The notes under the pieces: generated by a model
What the model was told of the DNA's origin: nothing
Databases searched by the model: none
Seen by the model: only the letters and a program-made list of their open reading frames with translations
Shown: positions 20,541-28,586 of the stretch, one piece after another
How the letters are laid out: every line of letters begins with the position of its first letter
Position numbering within the stretch: position 1 is the stretch's first letter
NCBI GenBank assembly: GCA_002269645.1
Contig: NIVC01005013.1
Location: forward strand, 1-28,586
Length of the DNA: 28,586 bases
Reading direction: 5' to 3'
From: Macrostomum lignano
Taxonomy: Eukaryota
Program-made: the position numbers and the translations under genes

Positions 20541-21469
20541 ATGGCGTGATTATTTGGTGCACTCACACTAAACTAAACTAGACAACTACTAATGAGACAG
20601 GAGGCACACAAAGTGCGCTCGCTGAGAGGGGTGGGGCGACTGCAAGATAAGACTAGGGGTGGGGTAGAGATAAAAACAAATGTACAGTGGAATGGAAGGC
20701 TAACTAAAGTACTTTTAAGAGCTAAGCTAGGCTAGTCTAAACTATTCAACTTCTAATAAGCCTTTCTAGGAAAGGCCTGCAAAAACTAGAGAATTCTCCT
20801 AAGAGTATCCCTCCACGGAAATCTTTGTTGTTGTTAAAACGAGGTGCCGTCGAAACCGGCGCGGGTCAGTTCCGAAGAACTCTGCCGCAGTTATATTTTG
20901 TATTTGATCGAAAGAATTAAAAATATTTACAAGATTTCGATTTGAATATTTAATACGAATATTGAAATTAAAAATATACATATATAAAACTATTTTTCAA
21001 TATTTTGCAGAATTTTGCACGCATTTGGGGATAAAAAAGAGGGGAGGGGAATCCCACACAAAGAAGGGATCTAATAAAAACAGGACATCTAAAAAATACG
21101 TGCTAGATATTTGAAGGCCTATTGAGAATAAAAGCAAGACATTTAAGTAAAAAAAAGAGATTAAAAATGCAATAGCGCATATTTGAATTTAGTTGTAAAA
21201 ATAGAATGAATATAGTAAAGGTGTAAAAAAGCAATTAGTGATATTTGTAGAGCAGTTGGGTAAAAAACACAGTTGGGAAAATTGTAAAAAGAAACGCGAG
21301 GAGACATAGAGATTACCTAATCAGTCCTAATGACTGATCAACCGATCTCTGTCTCAGGCAGCAAGTTTAGTTTTATTAGTTGCGTTTCAGAGCGTGGTCA
21401 CTTCCGGTTTGGAAGGCTGGTAGCCAGCCTAACCCTGGGGTGGGATTCCCCTGTTTCTTTCCCGACGCC

Positions 21470-24254
21470 TCATGGCATCCCAGAGGACATTGAGGACGGG
21501 GTTCGGCCCGGAGCCCGAGGGGCTTCCGGCTCAATGTGGAAGCTGTGGAGCTTGGCTGCCCTCATCTTGAGCAGCCAAGCCACCCCCAGCTGCTTGACTC
21601 TGTCTGCGAGCATCGGCATACCTGCCAGCTTGTGCAGGTATTCAATGCTGATGTAGGATGGCACACCATAGCAGATACGGAGAGCCAGGTTTTGAATTTT
21701 TGCAATTTGATTTGGTTAGTCGCACAAATTTGGCTCAGGATTGGCGCTCCATAGGTGAGAGCGCTTTCTCCGTATGCCCTGTACAGCATTCTGAGGGTGG
21801 TGCTACTCAGCTTAGTCATTTTTGCAATTCTGCACAGTGACATTACAATGGCTCTGCTGGTATCTGCCATGTTGTCCACATGTTTGTTCAGGCAGAGGCT
21901 CTGGTCAAGGAGGACACCCAGGAATTTCACCTCCTGACAGTACGGAACCTCAGTGTCCCCCAGATACAGTTTGGGTCGCAAGTCCATGCGCCTAGTGGGT
22001 TTGTAGTTGAAAGCGATTGCTTTGCTTTTCCCGGCATTCAGTCTAATGCCCTGTTTACCGCACCAGTCAAAGACTCGTCTGAGGTAGCTTTGAAGGGATG
22101 TTCGGAGCCCCGCAAAGGTGTCTGCTGAGGCCCAGACGGCCATGTCGTCTGCGAATTGACTGCGTTTGACGCTTGAGATGGTGGGAGTCGGCATTGAGCT
22201 GACGAAGAGGAGGTACAGGAGAGGGCTCAGAATGCCTCCCTGAGGGACGCCAGCCTGGATGGTGTGGGGATCGCTTAGGGCCCCCTCGATTCGAACCTGG
22301 ATCTGTCTGTCTCGCAGGTAGTCAGACAGGATTCGCATGAGCATAGGTGGAAAACCATCAGTGAGCATGCTATGCCTGATCTTGTCGTGCCAGGTGGAGT
22401 CAAAAGCTGCCTCTGCATCCAGGAAGACTGCAGCGGACTTTTTAGCTTTGCACTTTGCTACCATGACATCTTGTGCCAGACGGCACAGGTTGTCATACGT
22501 GGAGTGAATTTTGCGGTAGGCGCATTGGTCATCTCCTAGGGTCTTATTATCCTCAAGGTGCTTGGTGAGTCTTTTTGCTATAAGCTTCTCAAACACTTTG
22601 CCCAGACATGAGGTCAGGCTGATTGGTCTGTAGGAGTTGGGGTGTTCGGGCGGTTTGTCCGGCTTGGGGATCATTGTCACCACAGCTTTCTTCCAGGCGC
22701 TGGGGAAAATCCCTCGACCGTAGCAGGCGTTGAAGAGGTTAGTGAGTCTCGTGATTGCCACCCCCTCTAAGCCCAGCTTGAGGACGCAGTTGGGAATCTT
22801 GTCCAGCCCGGGTGCTCCATCAGGCCTGAGGTGCTCCAGTTCCCACACTGTGTCTGCCACAGAGAATGCAGCATCAAGTGGGTGGGTCTCATGGGTTCGA
22901 TTCCCTCAGGAACGGGGTAGAATGAGGTGAGCTGTGCCACATCGGCCACCTCACGTTTGAGCTGTTCGCATGTGGAAGGGACTGGGCGCATCTTTGAGTC
23001 CAGAGTCTCGGCTAGAAGGTTAGCCTTCTCCAGATCTGTGTGCGCAGTTGTTTGACCCAGGGTGAGGCTGGGGATGGAGGTTGGCTTAAATTTGCCCATC
23101 AGCTTTTTAGTGTCGTGCCAGAAATTCTTCACTTTCTTGTTCTTGCTGTTTTCAACAATACTCTCACAGACTTTGGTGAGCTTTCCATTCTGGAAGGCGC
23201 TAATTTCTCTCTTTATGCGATTTGCGAGCTGGTTTGCTTGGGTTTTGAAATTTTGATCCCGTGTGCTGAAGAAGAGGCGTCTGAGTCGTCTGCGCTCTTT
23301 GATCAGGTCGAGGATGTACTTGGGTAGGGCGTTTTTGGCACCACAGTCTGGTACTGTGGAGTCAATCACGGTGTGAATGGCCTTTGTGATGTGATCCACT
23401 TCGGCATTGATTTGGTCAGCATTTGATAATTTAATATTCTGATCTGAGCTCAAAGCTTCACTGATTTTGAGTCTGAACTCGTCCCAGTTTGTTTTTGAGA
23501 AGTTTTTGGGTCTGGGGGACCAGCCCATTTCTTCGACTGAATATTGAGCGTGAGGATTATAGGTAAGTGGTCACTGCCCAGGTCAGGACCCACCTCAAAG
23601 TCCTGCACAAATGGGAGAAAGTCCTCAGTGGCCAGGGCGAGGTCCAAGACATTCCTAGAAATCAGCCCGTTTTTGGTGGCCAGTCTGGTGAACTGACCGG
23701 CTGATTGAGAATGGTGGGCGAGGTGGGGCCCTCAGACAGCCAGTCGTGCAGCTGGTAGCCAGCCATGTTGTTGCTGCTGTCACCCCGAGGAAGCGGTGTC
23801 TGGCATTGAGGTCACCCATGAGCACACTGCGCCTACGGAGAGAAGATTTTTGAGTAGGTTCAGGTTCAGATGGTACGGTGCTGGAGACCTGTACACCAGA
23901 GCGAGATTGAAGTCAGGACCAGAGTTGTCAGACAAGCTCACGGTGCAAGAGATGGCTTCATGGTTGACATTGTCATACTGCAAGCGCACATTTGTGAGTT
24001 TGACGCGAGGAGAGTGGCAAGGAGAGCCCGCGTTTGACTTGCGGGGTATCATACCGAATGATGGAGTACCCGGGAATCTGGACAGTGTGACAACTTTTGA
24101 GAATGGTCTCAGAGAAGAGGGCAATGTCTAGCTCCTGACTGACGACCCACTGTGTCAGCTCTCTGATTTTCGGGTTGAATCCCCTGCAGTTTAGGTGCAT
24201 AATCTTCAGGGCTGTGGTTTGATTGTTTGAGTCTACAGTTAACGCACTGAAGTT
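21470..24254 (-). CDS. LINE ORF2: apurinic endonuclease plus reverse transcriptase, split by several frameshifts
   Basis: APE: LKIMHLNCRG, LFSET, ALVYRSP, GDLNA, LDLAL, LGSDHLPI. RT: APGLDKIP, YRPISLTSCLGKVFEKLI, FLDAEAAFDS, GVPQGGILSPLLY, QFADD, KFLGVLLD. C-terminus PSYISIEYLHKLAG... to the stop at 21470. No RNase H. Confidence 0.95.
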
Positions 24255-27004
24255 TCAATTCAAGTCTTGAGTTTAGCTGCCTGAGACTAGGACTCAGTGG
24301 TCGCGCCGCCATGCCCGGCACTTCCTGGAGTGCAGCCCGCACAATGTCCTCAACCATTTTACTGGTTGATTCCACAGTGAGGACCTCCCCAGGCGGTCGG
24401 GACAGGGCCTGCACAACCACTTGAGTCAGAGAGCGGGTGATCAGGGGCAACAGCATGCTCACCACCGACATAAAGTCACTAAGCTGCAGCTGCACCGCCT
24501 GGCCGGCATCAGCTGACGGAGCAGTCGCATTGACATCAGCGCTGGCAGCTGCTGCAGACTCGTCTCTGCCGCCGGAGCGCTCCTGGCATCATCGGTCACG
24601 ATGACAAGCGGCCGGATCGCGGCGGGTACCGGCACCGTGCGCCTGCCTCGGCGGATCAGCCAGCCGCTGTCGGAGTCGTCGTCGACGGCGGCGTCGTCGG
24701 TCTCACTTGACACTGGGGCAGCAGCGGCCGCAGCTTCCGCAGCTCGCGCCGCGGCTTTGGCCTCAGCAGCCGCTCTGGTCGCCTTGTCGTGCTCCGCCTT
24801 GGCGACGGTGCAGGCTCGACTGGTGGTTCGGTGCGAGCCGCCGCAGTTGGCGCAGACCGCTGGGCCCTCGTGCTGGCACTCCTTCCAGGAATGCTGGCCG
24901 CCGCAAATCCGGCAGCGCTGCTGCCCCCGACACTGGGCAGCGCGGTGGCCGAACTCCTGGCAGCGCTGGCATTGCAGAGCGCGGACCGGCTCGTCTGTGC
25001 GGCTGTCCTCGCAGTTGAACTTCAAGAAGTCGGTGCAGATGCCATCGCGGAGGCACTTCTCGTAGGTCATCGCCGACTTTGTGAAGATGCGCACGAACTG
25101 GGTTGCCTTCCCAGTCGCTCTGGCTCGGATTCTGTGGACGCTGACAATGTCCAGCTTGAGCGTGTCGCGCAACAGGGTCGCGAAGTCAGCCTCCGAGAAT
25201 GCGAGGGGCACCTCAGTAGCGACGAAGGTGCGTACCGGCTGCTGCTGCACTCTGTCGGGCCCTGTTCTGTTGTCCAGCGGTCGGGCTCGGGCTGGACGGC
25301 GCTTTACGGGATGCTCGAGCAGCTTCTCCTCGCGCAGCGCGCCGCCCAGGAAGACGTTGTAGTCCCGCTCCGACGCTGGGAACACGAGATAGGCCGGCTG
25401 ATTCGCCATCGGCGCAGTGTTGACGGCTCGAGCTTCGCCGGCAAAGTTGGTCTGCAGCCAGGCAACGAACTGCATCAGCTTGTTGGCCGCGTCCCGGTGC
25501 ACCTCAAAAACGATCGGCGGGATGGCAGCCTGGGGCCTTCTGGGCGGCGCAGGGCGCGCCGCAACCTGCGCGTAGGGCCGCGCTGCCGCAGCCGCCTGCG
25601 CGCTTGTCGCCGAAGCCGCTGCCGCACCGGCCGGCCAGGAAGCCGCCGAAGCCGCCGCCGCACCGGACGCCGCGCCGCGACCTCCTCGCCTGCCTCGCTG
25701 GTGGCCGCCACGGCCGCGCCGACCCCGATCGCCTTCGCGGTCTCGCGTCGCCGTCGCCTGCCGCTCCTGGGGCCTGTCGTCGCCCCGGCCGCCCTGGTCG
25801 TCGTCGTGGCCGCCTTGGTCGTCGTCCCGACCGCCTTGGTCGTCGCCGAATGGGCCGCCGTTGAGCGGCTGGCTGTAGGTCGGGTCATCCGGCAGAGCTC
25901 GCTTGCGCCGCAGCTCCGGCTTGGTGACACGGAATGTTAGCGAGATGCGGACGCCATTCTGAGAGTGGGCGGCGGGCACCTGGTGCTGCAGGCGTTTCTG
26001 GCAGTTTCCTGCCATCAGAATCAGCGAGCCTGGCAGCGTTGGAAAGCGGTGCGTCACGTTGCCGTCCCGACGGCGCAGCATGAACAGCCGCTCAGCGCCG
26101 AAGGACACGGTCGCGATCGTCGGCCTGTCGCCGAGCTCATCCTCATCGTCCGAGTGCCAGGGAATCCGGTCTCCCGGCTCGGTGTAGAAGTTCACCAACA
26201 CGGAGTTGAACTTCGGGACATCGAACTGGGTATCATGGTAAATGAAGTCACGAATGTCTTCAATTACCTGATGCCAGTCTAGATTTTCCTTCAGCTCAAC
26301 CCCGCTGTGGGTGTACGACGGGCCGATCCAGTAGACACGGCGCTGCTCACTCGGACGATGCTGAAAGGCCAGAGGCAGCAGGTCGGTGATCAGGCGCTCG
26401 TAGACTTGGTCCGCGACCTCGCTCAGGAACTTGGGCGCATAGATGATGGTGCTGTCGCTGGCGTAGATCGTCTGCTGACAGTCAGTCAAGTCAGGCTCAT
26501 CAGGGAAGATGATTTGACTGATGTCAGCGTCCAGTTGCTCGGCAGGGGGCTTTGGCAGCGTCGAGGCCTGGTCTGCAGCCGATTGCTGGCGCTCCTCAGA
26601 CGTCGGCGCTGCCGCTGCCGCACCGAGCTCGCTGGACTCGCAGTTGGTGGCTCGGTGGTTGCTGCGGCCTCGTTGGATGGCAGGGCGCTTGTCTGGCCTG
26701 GCTCGTCGCAGTCGAGAGACATGCGCTGCTCTGCCTCTGCGCCTGCAGCCTCCGGCAGCTGCTCATTCTCTCGCAGGATCTCCTCTGCGTTGCGCAAGAG
26801 CTCGCCGGCCGGTGGGCTGATCGAGTGGCGGCCGTCCAGACTGCGTCGAGCTCGCATCTGGCCTGCTGGCGGCGGGCTCGCAGTCGATGGCTCAGCTGTC
26901 GGCGTCAGTCCAAGAAGCTGGCGACCGTAGGCTTCGTTCGGACGATACCGGCTCGAGAGAGGGCCGGCAGTCCATCTTTTAGCGCTGGCGCGATTCGCAG
27001 CCAT
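24109..27004 (-). CDS. LINE ORF1, about 960 aa if two 1-nt gaps (~26640 and ~24565) are repaired: AlkB dioxygenase, RGG/Ala linker, gag core, three zinc knuckles
   Basis: Start MAANRASAKRW at 27004. AlkB, gag core and CQRCQEFGHRAAQC / CRICGGQHSWKEC / CANCGGSHRTTSRAC are in one uninterrupted ORF (24459-26489). The second copy supplies the missing G at ~26640. Confidence 0.9.
25929..26447 (-). other. AlkB (ALKBH2/ALKBH3-like) 2OG-Fe(II) dioxygenase domain within ORF1
   Basis: FNSVLVNFY...IPWHSDDEDELG..PTIATVSFGAERLF...GSLILMAG..Q...QHQVP...RISLTFR: HxD (26148-26156), distal H, and RxxxxxR are all present. Confidence 0.97.
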
Positions 27005-27212
27005 ATGGCGTGATTATTTGGGTGCACTCACACTAAACTAAACTAGACAACTACTAATGAGTCAGGAGGCACACAAAGTGCGCTCGCTGAGAGGGTGGGC
27101 GACTGCAAGATAAGACTAGGGTGGGGTAGAGATAAAAACAAATGTACAGTGGAATGGAAGGCTAACTAAAGTACTTTTAAGAGCTAAGCTAGGCTAGTTA
27201 GGTCGAAGTGCA

Positions 27213-27285
27213 GTCCGGAAAAATTGCCAACGAGGAGCGAAGCGAGCGAAGCGAGCGTAGCTCCTCGTTGGCAATTTTTTCGGAC
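27213..27285. repeat. Inverted repeat: 26 bp arms (1 mismatch) around a gaagcgagc-repeat loop
   Basis: gtccggaaaaattgccaacgaggagc ... gctcctcgttggcaattttttcggac. Confidence 0.95.
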
Positions 27286-27465
27286 AAACGAGACCGAGAT
27301 AAGATGTCCCGGAGACTCCCCCAACGTAAAATCAACGTTTTAGAAAATAAAATTGATGCAGAGTTAAAACCACTTGAGATGAAACCATGTGTGACCCCTC
27401 TATGGACGTAAAACATTTAGGGCTACAAGATGTGTGACGTGAAAGTTCCATAGCAACGCGTCTTG

Positions 27466-27479
27466 GTTGCCATGGCAAC
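27466..27479. promoter_or_regulatory. Perfect X-box-like palindrome GTTGCCATGGCAAC, with a second X-box-like GTTCCATAGCAAC at 27445-27457
   Basis: Matches the RFX consensus; no downstream gene is visible, and it may belong to a repeat. Confidence 0.4.
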
Positions 27480-27697
27480 AAAAAAGTGACTTTTTTTAGA
27501 CCCGTCCAAATCTTGAATCTCAAAAAATAAGGATTCACAATATGGAGTCAAAAATTGATTGAACCCAACTTTTGGCGAATTTTCAGACCTTCAAGACACT
27601 GATTGGTTATTTTCCGCTAAATGCTTACCTTGATAGGTAATTCTGTAAAAGTGTGTTTTTTAAGTGTCAAAAAATGCGCATTTTTTCAACTTTCAAC

Positions 27698-27745
27698 TGA
27701 CGCAGCTCAAAGGTCGCGCGTCAGCGCGACCTTTGAGCTGCGTCA
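27698..27745. repeat. Perfect hairpin, 22 bp arms with a 4 nt loop
   Basis: tgacgcagctcaaaggtcgcgc-gtca-gcgcgacctttgagctgcgtca. Confidence 0.95.
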
Positions 27746-28586
27746 TTCTAACAATGGCAGACTCTTACATGACGCACGACTTTAACCAAGATACTCACTT
27801 TAACTGTACATTCGCACCTGTTAATTACATTCGAATATTCGACGGGTAGGTATTCGAACCGAAATAAATTCAAGAAATTCTTGTTGCGAGACTCTAAAAA
27901 GTACATGAATGCGGTCATTTAGGTAAGATCTACATGTTTATAATACATTTTGAGCCGTTTCGTTGCACTGACTCTGAGCCATACACTGCTAAAGTCGATA
28001 AACGTGATTTAGGCTATTTTTATGTATTTTTCATGATACAAATGTACAAAAAATAAGAAACGACGACATGCTAGGAAAATCAGACTTTTTAGGCAAGGTG
28101 CACAACTAAATTGCGCACAATATGTATATTTTGAAATTTCGTCTTAGTTTATTGAAGTCGCTGCCGGTACAGAAATGTACTTTAACGACGGTACGGGGGC
28201 TTGCATATCGAACATACTTTTTAGCCTGTAACTTTTGAGCGGATTACCGGAGCGCGACGCGCTTGGTGTCATTGAACTACATTTTAGATGTACTTTAATT
28301 TGAATGTATGTTCGCTGTCATTGCACGATGCGTTGTACACCTCAGGTCAGGTCACGTGACTTGCTGGAAATGAAATAATGACTTTGTACCTATACTAAGG
28401 ATAGGTGAAGCGTAAGAATGAACCAAAATTTGTACTTATTAGAAACACCTAGATGACTACTGTCAGAAAAATGATATTCACGTCTGTCAGTTGCAAAATT
28501 TTGTTATAATTGACTTTTAAAATCGAAAAACGTGATTTTGTGCAAAAACAACCTATATGAGCACACATAGGGTGAAAAATTTATTG

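Larger units (their letters stand above)
20740..27197 (-). mobile_element. Near-complete Jockey/I-group non-LTR retrotransposon: leader, ORF1 (AlkB + gag + 3 CCHC), ORF2 (APE + RT), long T-rich 3' region
   Basis: Domain order and motifs as listed for ORF1 and ORF2. The 5' limit is where identity with the second leader stops (27197). The 3' end is not fixed; no poly-A tail or target-site duplication was recognised. Confidence 0.92.

Noticed and set aside
20809-20888. Assignment of the conserved motif to a known ribozyme class (HDV, twister, hammerhead)
   Set aside because: I could not build the required pairings and catalytic cores by eye; kept only as an unclassified candidate.
25929-26447. 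AlkB as bacterial contamination or a host ALKBH gene
   Set aside because: It is in frame with gag zinc knuckles, duplicated with the element leader, intronless, and embedded among eukaryotic retroelements.
24789-26930. Long plus-strand ORFs opposite LINE ORF1, and those at 19498-20518
   Set aside because: Antisense shadows of GC-rich coding sequence with no recognisable motifs.
27760-28586. Possible genes or RNA genes in the right-hand AT-rich tail
   Set aside because: No exon-like codon bias, tRNA or rRNA features; probably repeat-derived but the family was not recognised.

Overview
Eukaryotic (animal) DNA, not prokaryotic. GC-rich exons are separated by GT-AG introns, most filled by their own minisatellite; the style suggests a flatworm such as Macrostomum (inference). 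Left part (<1-4226, minus): the 5' six exons of tyrosine hydroxylase. Head-to-head with it (4786-15715, plus): a divergent SLC4/band-3-type anion transporter with an in-frame TGA at a conserved Trp and a possible IQ-motif N-terminal extension. Right part (~15830-27200, all minus): a retroelement cluster containing a Gypsy remnant, an RT/RNase H LINE fragment, and a near-complete Jockey/I-group LINE. The headline observation is that ORF1 of this LINE carries an AlkB (ALKBH2/3-like 2OG-Fe(II) dioxygenase) domain with all catalytic residues, fused upstream of the gag/CCHC region. A second AlkB-only copy and other fragments lie head-to-tail with it, joined by a recurring ~1 kb [ORF2 end - 3'UTR - leader - ATG] block containing a thrice-repeated conserved motif. 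Many single-base frameshifts affect TH, SLC4 and the LINE alike and look like assembly errors. Most long ORFs in the supplied track are artefacts of tandem repeats or antisense GC-rich coding sequence.
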